A DNA stretch of 43,893 nucleotides, from assembly GCA_026390495.1 (NCBI GenBank), contig JAPLFV010000309.1, positions 1 to 43,893 on the forward strand, in the 5' to 3' direction. Made by a program: the position numbers and the translations under genes. Positions 36,231 to 43,893 of this stretch are shown here, in pieces. The stretch is from Pseudomonadota bacterium. Its GTDB lineage: Bacteria; Bdellovibrionota_B; Oligoflexia; Oligoflexales; RGVZ01. Within the stretch, counting starts at the first letter, position 1; the number at the start of each line of letters is the position of its first letter. The notes below the pieces were generated by a model that was given only the letters and a program-made list of their open reading frames with translations, had not been told where the DNA came from and did not search any database.

Positions 36231-37204
36231 TTCACGACTTTCTGAGAAATTTTACCGAAAATACTTGCACCAGACTGATCAAGCATTTCAATTTCAATGG
36301 TATCTCCTACCTTCATAAAGGGGGTGCTTGGCTTTCCTGTATCAATCGTTTCAATCATTCTCACTTCGGCAAGGCAACTTGATCCTCGAGCTCTATCTTC
36401 ATTTGAAACCGTACCACTACCCAAAATTGTCCCTGCTGTGTAGGCTCTAGTTTTACAGATATGCTCGATTAGCTCAAAAAAGCTAAAATGCATTTCTGGG
36501 CCTGCATTTGGATCACCAAATTTTTTGCCCTTGTAGTGCGTCACTAGAGGTAAATGTATACGGCCGTCTTTCCAGGCAGCACCCAATTCATCCGGAGTTA
36601 TAGCAAATGGACCAAAAGCTGAGGCGGGCTTGCTTTGAAAAAAACCAAAACCTTTCTCAAGTTCTGCTGGAATCAGATTCCTTAGGGAAACATCGTTAAC
36701 AATAGTAATAAGGCGAATGTATTTGTGGGCATCTTCTTTTTTTGTTCCTTGAGGTGTATCTGCTAAGATGACTGCAACCTCAGATTCAAAATCACATCCC
36801 CAGCTTTCGTCAGCTAAAAAGATAGGGTCCTGTGCACCGAGCATAACGCTTGATCCGCCTTGATAAATCAAAGGATCTGTTCGAAGTGTTTTGGGCGGCT
36901 CGGCATTGCGAGCCTTTCTTACCAATAGTACGTGGTTAATATACGATGACGCATCGATCCACTCGTAAGCTCGAGGTAGGGGTGCTGCCATTTGAGATAC
37001 ATCCACAGGAAGACCAGGGATTTTCTTCGAGTTTATATCATCAAAAAGTGTTTTTAATTTTGGCTCGACCTCTGCCCAATGATCAAGAGCCCACTGAAGA
37101 TTGGGAGCAATAGTTGAGGCATCGGCGTAGGATTTATTGTCTTTCGATACAACGACTAATTGACCGTCACGTTTATTTTTTGATTTGAGTGTTGCTAGCT
37201 TCAT
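36227..37204 (-). CDS. fumarylacetoacetate hydrolase (FAH) family protein
   Basis: 325 aa with the typical N-terminus MKLATLKSKNKRDGQLVVVSKD and an FAH-fold C-terminal region (GTILGSGTVSN, GDTIEIEM). Confidence 0.8.
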   Translation of the reverse strand: MKLATLKSKNKRDGQLVVVSKDNKSYADASTIAPNLQWALDHWAEVEPKLKTLFDDINSKKIPGLPVDVSQMAAPLPRAYEWIDASSYINHVLLVRKARNAEPPKTLRTDPLIYQGGSSVMLGAQDPIFLADESWGCDFESEVAVILADTPQGTKKEDAHKYIRLITIVNDVSLRNLIPAELEKGFGFFQSKPASAFGPFAITPDELGAAWKDGRIHLPLVTHYKGKKFGDPNAGPEMHFSFFELIEHICKTRAYTAGTILGSGTVSNEDRARGSSCLAEVRMIETIDTGKPSTPFMKVGDTIEIEMLDQSGASIFGKISQKVVN

Positions 37205-37236
37205 TTGGATCTCAATCCTATTTTTATTGAATTTTT

Positions 37237-38001
37237 CTAGTCGTTTTTATCAAGTTGAGTCGCAATTTTAAGCTGATGAATCTCATCTTTTGTTAATTGA
37301 CGATAATCACCAGGCATCAGCTTTTCAGTCAACCTTAATTCTCCAAAACCGATTCTGATCAACTTCACAACTTTTTTATCGAAATGTTCGAACATTCGCC
37401 TAACTAATCGATTACGGCCCTCATGCACCGTTACCATGTACCAAGCACCTTTACTTTGGCCCAAGTTCGTCTTGTGCACAAATGCGACTTTAATGTTTTT
37501 TACAGGACCATCCTCTAAGGTCAATCCCTGGCGCATTTTAGAAAGTTCTTCATCGGTGAGTGGCTCTGAAACCAATACTTGGTACTCTCGAGGAATATGA
37601 TACTCGGGGCGACATAATCGGTAATTTAACTCACCGTCATTGGTCAGTATCAACAGACCCTCGGTTCGATAATCAAGTCGCCCAACCGGAGAGACTAAAA
37701 ATTTTGTTTTTGCGATTTTAGGTAAATCATAAATGGTCGTTTTGTCATTGCCTTCGTCCGATCTGCCAGTGAGGACCATATCTGGTTTATGGAGTAGCCA
37801 GTAAACTTTAGGCGGAGCCGCATGAACAACAGACTTTCCATTCACGACGACCCTATCATTTTCAGGATCGATCTTTGTCCCTAATAATGTGACTTTGACC
37901 CCATTTACTGCGACGCGGCCTTCTTCAATCCATCGCTCAGCCTCGCGCCGAGACGCCATTCCAAGATCTGCAATATATTTTTGAAGTCGAATTTGGGGCA
38001 T
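37237..38001 (-). CDS. rluB: 23S rRNA pseudouridine synthase (RsuA/RluB family)
   Basis: S4 domain (RLQKYIADLGMASRREAERWIEEGRVAVNG) and the catalytic GRLDYRTEGLLILTNDG motif. It sits downstream of scpAB, as in many bacteria. Confidence 0.9.
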   Translation of the reverse strand: MPQIRLQKYIADLGMASRREAERWIEEGRVAVNGVKVTLLGTKIDPENDRVVVNGKSVVHAAPPKVYWLLHKPDMVLTGRSDEGNDKTTIYDLPKIAKTKFLVSPVGRLDYRTEGLLILTNDGELNYRLCRPEYHIPREYQVLVSEPLTDEELSKMRQGLTLEDGPVKNIKVAFVHKTNLGQSKGAWYMVTVHEGRNRLVRRMFEHFDKKVVKLIRIGFGELRLTEKLMPGDYRQLTKDEIHQLKIATQLDKND

Positions 38002-38076
38002 GAGGGTCTACTTTTCAAAATTACTTAAATTCATTAAATATCTGTCGAATCCGGGAATTACAATGTCTAACGTCTG

Positions 38077-39642
38077 TCAGTCACCAGAGTCACTCGATAG
38101 AATTTTTTCCTTAACCTCCAACGGATCTATAGGAAGATCTTCAGATGCATCCAAGTGATCCGCTGATTTTGGTTCAATAATTAACTCATCATTGAAACTG
38201 TCAATATCTTCTAAAGCGGCACTCGCTCCTACAATTGCTCTTTCTTCATCCATAGTCTCGTCACTATGGTCCAATTTTAAAGGGACTTCAAAAGCAACTT
38301 GGCCTTCATTGAGCCGATTCAGCAGGTCTCCGGCCAATTCTTCAATCAAATCTTTCGGAACCGCTTGATCTCGATCTCGAGATATTGCACTCATTCGATC
38401 CTCGTCGGTAATATCCTCTAAGGAATCACGAGCCATATCTGCCAATATATCCGCGGGAACTGCATCCATATCTGCCGTGTGCCGATCTGATAATTCAGTC
38501 GGGGAATTTGAAAGATCGATGACGTTATCACTTTGAGTTACCACCTCTGCTACCGCAAATGGCGTCGCCTCTAATGCAAGAACATCAAGATTTCCTTCAC
38601 CTAGATTATCCGTATACTCCTCGTCCCCAATAAATTCCTCTGGATCTACACCTTCTTGTTCGGCCTCAAACTGAGCAATTTTTTCATTTGCGGCCTGAAT
38701 CACATCGGAAGGAGTTTGAAAGCTTTCAAGAGGTGGTAAATCATTCAATGATCCCAATTGGAAGACCTTTAAAAACTCATCTGTTACACCAAACAGCATA
38801 GGACGACCTGGAATTTCCTTACGTCCAACGCAAGTTAATAAATTTCTCTCAATCAATGTTTTAAAGATGGACCCAGCATCGACACCTCGAATAAATTCGA
38901 CCTCAGCACGAGTCACGCCAGTCTTATTTGTCTTTTGACGATATGCGATGACGGCCAATGTTTCCAAAGACGCTCGGGAGAGTGGTCTAGGTCTCGATGA
39001 GAACTGCTTTTCCATTAAGGATTTTGCAGCCGTTGTCGTCTGAAACTGATAACCCATTCGTTTAATATATTTTAGATGAAAACCTCCAGCCCGATCTCGA
39101 TAATGCTCAATCAATTCATCAAGGGCATCTTGAACTTCTTTTAGATTGTGCCCCTGCTCATGCAGCAGTTCGTGAATTTCAACGGTTCTCAACGGCTTGG
39201 GTGACGCAAATATGATCGCTTCAATTTTACCTTGTATCGTTAACTCTTCTGAGAGGGTAAGTGCACCGGATTCATCAGACGCTTCAGCGCTATGATCTAC
39301 CGCACCTTCCAGACCTTGGCTATCCAAGTCCTGACCACCATTCTCGCCTTCAGATGTCAAATCGAGTGGAAGCTCCCTTTGACTATCAGCTGCTTCTAGT
39401 TCGGCTAAAAACTCTTGATTCAAATCGTCGTCCAATACATCGAGTGAGTCAGGGCCTGCATCGCTTATTTTATCACTCAATAATGACTCAAATGCTTGCA
39501 CCGCTTCAGTATCATGATTTTCAAAAACCGGCTCTCCGGTACTTTGATCTGTTTCTACAACAAAAGAAATCGACTCCACATCGGTGGCTTCAGTCTCATG
39601 ATTGCTGGGCTTAGGGTCCTGATTTTCTTGATCGATCGTCAT
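38077..39642 (-). CDS. scpB: segregation and condensation protein B with long acidic N- and C-terminal extensions
   Basis: The central part has the ScpB wHTH pattern (IEAIIFASPKPLRTVEIHELL ... LAVIAYRQ ... TRAEVEFIRGV). ATGA overlap with scpA. Confidence 0.85.
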   Translation of the reverse strand: MTIDQENQDPKPSNHETEATDVESISFVVETDQSTGEPVFENHDTEAVQAFESLLSDKISDAGPDSLDVLDDDLNQEFLAELEAADSQRELPLDLTSEGENGGQDLDSQGLEGAVDHSAEASDESGALTLSEELTIQGKIEAIIFASPKPLRTVEIHELLHEQGHNLKEVQDALDELIEHYRDRAGGFHLKYIKRMGYQFQTTTAAKSLMEKQFSSRPRPLSRASLETLAVIAYRQKTNKTGVTRAEVEFIRGVDAGSIFKTLIERNLLTCVGRKEIPGRPMLFGVTDEFLKVFQLGSLNDLPPLESFQTPSDVIQAANEKIAQFEAEQEGVDPEEFIGDEEYTDNLGEGNLDVLALEATPFAVAEVVTQSDNVIDLSNSPTELSDRHTADMDAVPADILADMARDSLEDITDEDRMSAISRDRDQAVPKDLIEELAGDLLNRLNEGQVAFEVPLKLDHSDETMDEERAIVGASAALEDIDSFNDELIIEPKSADHLDASEDLPIDPLEVKEKILSSDSGD

Positions 39643-40751
39643 GATTCGACCTCCGTTGTGTCAGAGTCAAGTTGTGGGGGCGACAAAAGATCTGCCGAGA
39701 GTGAGAAATCAGACTGATCTTCATCTTTTTTGCTATCTATGCCTTTAAAAAATTCATCGGAACCACTTAGATTTGTACCAGCAGCAGCCGAAATAGGAGT
39801 CACAATAACATATTCTTTACGACGCTCGGCCTCCGCATCATCTTCGTCTTTTTGATTTTGAAGCTCAATCTCACGCTGTCGATCGCGATCAAGCTCAGCG
39901 TTTTTTCGATATTTTCTCGTCGATTCAATGCGATCAACATCAATTGTTTGTGCTGAAGGATCTTCAGCATTATGAATTTGCATCGTCGCTGTCTTAACAG
40001 GAAGTAGACTCTCATCCAAATCTCCACGATAAACCCAAAGTGGGCCCATCATATCCTGCTGCAGAATTCGCGTGACACCTTGTTTGGATAGCTCGAGTAT
40101 TGCCATGAAATGTACAACCATGTCATAGCGACTGCGAAATTTATTGTAGAGCCCTTGAAACATTCCGTAACGAACTGTTTGAATGTACTCAGAAAATCGC
40201 TCTATCGTGGCTTCCAATGTAATCGAGTGGGTTTTTGCCTCGATCTTGCTTGCTTTTCGGTCTGCCAAATCTCTCAGAGTCTGTTCGTACATCACGATCA
40301 ATCGAGCAGGATCTCCCTCAAGTGGCGTGACAAGATCCTTAAATACTTCTGCCAACCTTTCGGGCTCATGACTGGTTTGAATTTCAACACCCATTTGGGG
40401 AGTTTGAGAAAACCAGTCTGCGGCTCTGCGAATCATTTCGTATTGAAGCAGCCGCTCTTGAAGCATTTTAACGGGATCTTCCTCTTCGCCATCTTCACCA
40501 ATGACTTTTCGCTCTTCGGAAGGCAGCAAACCTCGACTTTTAATCTCGATAAGCTGCGCACCCATGGCTATAAATTCACCTGCTTCCGCAAGATCATCAT
40601 AACGAACGAGTCGCAGGTAATTCAGATATTCTGAGGTCAAACGAAAAATATCGATCGCAAATATATCGATTTCGTGAACCCTAATAAGATGCAGCAGAAG
40701 GTCCAAGGGACCTTCAAACCGATCAAGTTTTACAAAATATTCAGACGACAC
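39639..40751 (-). CDS. scpA: segregation and condensation protein A (kleisin) with an extended C-terminus
   Basis: GTG start. LDRFEGPLDLLLHLIRVHEIDIFAIDI is the ScpA N-terminal signature. Confidence 0.88.
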   Translation of the reverse strand: MSSEYFVKLDRFEGPLDLLLHLIRVHEIDIFAIDIFRLTSEYLNYLRLVRYDDLAEAGEFIAMGAQLIEIKSRGLLPSEERKVIGEDGEEEDPVKMLQERLLQYEMIRRAADWFSQTPQMGVEIQTSHEPERLAEVFKDLVTPLEGDPARLIVMYEQTLRDLADRKASKIEAKTHSITLEATIERFSEYIQTVRYGMFQGLYNKFRSRYDMVVHFMAILELSKQGVTRILQQDMMGPLWVYRGDLDESLLPVKTATMQIHNAEDPSAQTIDVDRIESTRKYRKNAELDRDRQREIELQNQKDEDDAEAERRKEYVIVTPISAAAGTNLSGSDEFFKGIDSKKDEDQSDFSLSADLLSPPQLDSDTTEVES

Positions 40752-41051
40752 AAACCCACCGCCCCAAAAAAGGCATCACTGCAAATGTCAACAATTCCAT
40801 CTTTAAAGGAACAACGACATAAAACAAGTAGCCAGCGAATTTATTTGGACTTTCTCTTCAATCTTTAGTTATAACCGTCTGACGCTTGGCTGTCCATCCA
40901 ATTTCAATTAAAGCGCCGGTAAAATGAGGGACTTTCATCGACCTTGGATGGAAAACTGGTTGATCTGGATTTGGGATCAAAGATCGGTTTCAATAGATTT
41001 ACCTTGTTATGCCTGATTTAAAACTGCAACGGACCTTGGCGCCTTTAAAGT

Positions 41052-43349
41052 ATGCCTCAAAAAAAACCAATTGAACAAATTTTCACCAAAGCAACTTCCT
41101 TGAGCAGTGCGACTTTGCTGTGGAATTATATAATCAATACTGTGGATTGTTTCGCTCAACCTTTGAGCAGCACGCTTTTGAAGCAATTGGCAACTGTGGA
41201 TATTCGTGTGGAAAACTCATCAAAGCCCTATTGGGAGCTCATTTCCGAGGGTGTTAAACCTGATAAATATTTGCCAATTCGCAAATTTCGCAGCCAAAAT
41301 CCAATTTCATTGGCTACCCCAGAAACTAGTGAGACGCAGCTCGTTTTTCAATCAAGTGGCACCACAACCTCCGCTCATTTGCGATCGAAAAGTGGCTTTA
41401 GCGGGCAGGGTGCGGATTTTTACAGGCTCGCATGTTTGAAATCCTTTGAGGCCGTTTTGCGCCTGACCTCAGGCCATGAAGATTTTGTCGGCATTAGCGT
41501 TGTGCCGACTGTCAATCAATGGCCCGACAGCAGTTTAGCAAGGATGGTCCATTGGTTTTCCGAATTCTGGCCAATTGAATATGCTGATTATTTAGATGCA
41601 GATTCTCTTTTGAACATTATCAAAGGTTGTCATGAGACCACCAAGAAGCCTGTGTTTTTGTTTGGAACTGCATTTCATTTTATTGACATGATTGATCAAG
41701 CTGGCCTTCGCAAAATCCCCTTGCCAGAAGGCAGCCTCATATTTGAAACAGGCGGAACTAAGGGACGCACCAGGACAGTACATAGACCAGAACTTTATCA
41801 GATGCTGTCGTCCTTTTTTGTGACTCCAATTGATAAAATCGTTAGCGAATACGGCATGTGTGAACTTTCAAGCCAAGCATACGATTTTGTACCTTTGGGA
41901 AAAACGAAATCATTGGCCGATAGAACCTTTAAATTTCCAAATTGGTGCATGCCTATGGTGATGGACGATCCGTCCATGGCCTCAGAATCAGGCATAGGTG
42001 CGTTAACACTTTGGGATACGGCAAGAATCGATATTGGGATTCCTATTCAAACGGAAGATCTAGTTCATTTAAACAGCGATGGGTCGTTTCAACTGCTGGG
42101 AAGGATTGAAACAGCGCCCTTAAAAGGCTGCTCCTTAAAAGTCGACGAGGTTAAAGGTCAAATTGAGCAAAATGAAGGAGCACAAATCTCTTTAGCAAGG
42201 GAAGGAATAAACCTTACAGCGATTCCGAGCATTGATTTGATATTGGGATTCAGTCCAGAAAAATCTGCCAAAGTATTGCAATGGCTTCAGGGCCTGACAA
42301 AAAATCTCCACCTCTTTGATGCATTAAAAAAAGAATTGGGATCCCCCACACTTGCCGAATGGGCAATACACGATTTCAGTTGCGGCATTCCTCTGTCAAA
42401 TGCAGCTATGAAAATAGCCGCAGAAAAGGCCTTTGAAGGTCGAACAAAAATTGAATCGAGTTGGATGATCATACCACCTTCAAGCCACTCATTTGCTGCA
42501 ATTCATGCATTGGCGATACTTTGCTGCATTGACGTTCGAATAAAAATACGTCGGCCAAATATCCGCGGAGCTACACCCGAACAGTCATCATCATTCGATA
42601 TTATGATGAATGACGCACAAAAGTGCGGGATTACTGTCGATGTTTTGCCGACAGATTGGAGACTCACCTCAAAAACGCCGTCCAATGATGCTATCTTGTT
42701 TTTTGGAAGCAATGAAACAATCGAGTCGATCTCAACTTACTGCACGGGTACAAGGTATGGGATGGGCAACGCAATCTCAATATCAGTCACTACTGAAAAA
42801 GACTGGACTCATAAGTCCGAGGATTTCACAGTTAACTTAATCCGCGACCATTTTGCGCTCAGGCAAAGAGGCTGTATGGCAGGGCGCTTGGCAATCATTA
42901 TTGGCAATGTGGATCTAGAATTGATTCGCACTTTTCATCAAGATGTAAATTTACTGCTAGATGATTTGGATTCCCTGTCAAAGCAAGATAAATCAGGTCG
43001 CGCACTCGAAATCGTTAGATTGTCTCAGCTTGGTGGGAAATGGATTGGAGATTCAACAAATAAAATTACGACAGTAGTTTTTCAAGACTCTCCGTTTATC
43101 AGTGAGATGTTGCCAAGACATGAATTGGTTTTTGTCGTATTCAATAGTCCCAATCATTTTGGATTAACTAGCTTATTGCACGATTTAAATGGCGATCTGA
43201 AACAAATTTCAATGAGCCAAAACGTTGTCCCACCAAAGCTCACTTCAATCAAGACTGTTCCCTTAGGATGTTTAAATAGCCCTGTTTTAGACGGAACTCA
43301 TTTCGGCAAGAGTTATTTTGCCAGTGAATTGTCTGAAAATTCCAACTAA
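41052..43349 (+). CDS. fusion protein: LuxE-like acyl-protein synthetase/adenylating domain + LuxC-like acyl-CoA reductase domain
   Basis: 765 aa. In the first ~370 aa, FQSSGTTTSAH and ETGGTKGR resemble LuxE-family adenylation motifs. The C-terminal ~370 aa (including GCMAGRLAII) resembles LuxC-type reductases. Motif-level call only. Confidence 0.5.
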   Translation: MPQKKPIEQIFTKATSLSSATLLWNYIINTVDCFAQPLSSTLLKQLATVDIRVENSSKPYWELISEGVKPDKYLPIRKFRSQNPISLATPETSETQLVFQSSGTTTSAHLRSKSGFSGQGADFYRLACLKSFEAVLRLTSGHEDFVGISVVPTVNQWPDSSLARMVHWFSEFWPIEYADYLDADSLLNIIKGCHETTKKPVFLFGTAFHFIDMIDQAGLRKIPLPEGSLIFETGGTKGRTRTVHRPELYQMLSSFFVTPIDKIVSEYGMCELSSQAYDFVPLGKTKSLADRTFKFPNWCMPMVMDDPSMASESGIGALTLWDTARIDIGIPIQTEDLVHLNSDGSFQLLGRIETAPLKGCSLKVDEVKGQIEQNEGAQISLAREGINLTAIPSIDLILGFSPEKSAKVLQWLQGLTKNLHLFDALKKELGSPTLAEWAIHDFSCGIPLSNAAMKIAAEKAFEGRTKIESSWMIIPPSSHSFAAIHALAILCCIDVRIKIRRPNIRGATPEQSSSFDIMMNDAQKCGITVDVLPTDWRLTSKTPSNDAILFFGSNETIESISTYCTGTRYGMGNAISISVTTEKDWTHKSEDFTVNLIRDHFALRQRGCMAGRLAIIIGNVDLELIRTFHQDVNLLLDDLDSLSKQDKSGRALEIVRLSQLGGKWIGDSTNKITTVVFQDSPFISEMLPRHELVFVVFNSPNHFGLTSLLHDLNGDLKQISMSQNVVPPKLTSIKTVPLGCLNSPVLDGTHFGKSYFASELSENSN

Positions 43350-43527
43350 AAATTACACATTAGAAACGCTAAAAGATTTCGATAACTCGAATCTCGCCCG
43401 GATGCAACGATAAGCTACCGTTTTTTTGCTGCAGTCCCCTATTCTTTCGAACTAATGATCTATTACTAGACTCGGATAAGTCGGTTGTTTTAATGGTTAT
43501 TAGAGTAAACCATGTTGAACGGCTAAT

Positions 43528-43893
43528 TCAACTAGCAATGAGTAAATTAGATGACGCACGCAAAAAATACCATTCAGGCACTATATGCGCTGGTGTGTGC
43601 ATTGGGTCAGCAGGAATATAATTGTCTGGATGACCCAAGGTATTGGGGAAAAAGTAAACAAAAACAGCAAAAATGAAGACGAATACAAAAAAAGCGTATA
43701 AATCTTTAACGAAAAAATAAGGATAAAATGAAATTTTATCGCCACCGCTTTCAGCACCCAACGGATTTGTTGAACCATCTTTGTGTAATAAAGCTAAGTG
43801 AATGATTGTTAAACCAGCTATTACAAAAGGTAAAAAAAAATGTATACTAAAAAATCTATTTAAAGTAGCATTATTTACCGTAAATCCTCCCCA
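43528..43893 (-). CDS. cytochrome b (bc1-type), partial: the 5' part is outside the window and the ORF ends prematurely 10 codons after PEWYFL
   Basis: The reverse strand, read from the window edge, gives [46 protein letters not shown]...[10 protein letters not shown]...[25 protein letters not shown], then the unrelated [10 protein letters not shown]. The heme-ligand His residues and the PEWY motif are present, but helices F-H are absent. Confidence 0.7.
   Translation of the reverse strand, partial: WGGFTVNNATLNRFFSIHFFLPFVIAGLTIIHLALLHKDGSTNPLGAESGGDKISFYPYFFVKDLYAFFVFVFIFAVFVYFFPNTLGHPDNYIPADPMHTPAHIVPEWYFLRASSNLLIAS

Noticed and set aside
40110-40634. 174-aa plus-strand ORF inside scpA
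   Set aside because: It is antisense to the ScpA frame, which carries the canonical N-terminal signature. It has no motifs of its own.
43581-43778. 65-aa minus-strand ORF overlapping the cytochrome b fragment
   Set aside because: It is an alternative frame of the clearly homologous cytochrome b reading frame. Its hydrophobic sequence is a by-product of T-rich DNA.
1-43893. Search for CRISPR arrays, rRNA genes and retron/reverse-transcriptase signatures
   Set aside because: By eye I found no regularly spaced 25-40-bp repeats, no rRNA-like segments, and no YxDD reverse-transcriptase motif in any listed ORF.

Overview
Bacterial chromosomal window of moderate-low GC; I cannot assign a taxon from sequence alone. 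Most of it is housekeeping or core genes. These include carAB, a thiolase, a LuxR-type response regulator, asnB, a sensor kinase, an ArsR/SRPBCC pair, an SDR, rfbB, fabD, an FAH-family hydrolase, rluB, scpAB, and three tRNAs (Met, Glu, Lys).

The main accessory feature is an 11,646-bp integrative element (about 14337..26039) inserted into the 3' end of tRNA-Glu(UUC). It is bounded by 57-bp direct repeats that match at 56 of 57 positions. On the right it carries a tyrosine integrase, an excisionase-like HTH, a Toprim/RecA-like primase-helicase and a repeat-rich ori-like spacer. I recognise no capsid or terminase genes, so it looks like a satellite or integrative element rather than a prophage.

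The best candidate for an undescribed system is the element's left-hand cargo. This comprises an AlbA_2/Schlafen-like ATPase-type protein and a minus-strand cassette: an XRE regulator, a 577-aa zinc-ribbon + HEAR-repeat + PD-(D/E)xK-like protein, and a Zn-ribbon/DUF4145 protein.

Other points worth a second look:
- CarA/CarB motifs that resemble eukaryotic CPSase II more than the E. coli enzyme.
- A single-polypeptide LuxE-LuxC fusion.
- A perfect 25-bp Fur-box-like palindrome.
- A secreted protein with a 41-aa two-cysteine repeat.
- ScpA/ScpB with very long acidic extensions.
- An AT-rich cytochrome b ORF at the right edge whose homology stops right after PEWYFL, next to a GUGCG motif (intron remnant, rearrangement or assembly chimera).
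- An ISL3 transposase tail at the left edge.

I saw no CRISPR array and no rRNA. All domain calls are motif-level recognitions made by eye, not database searches.
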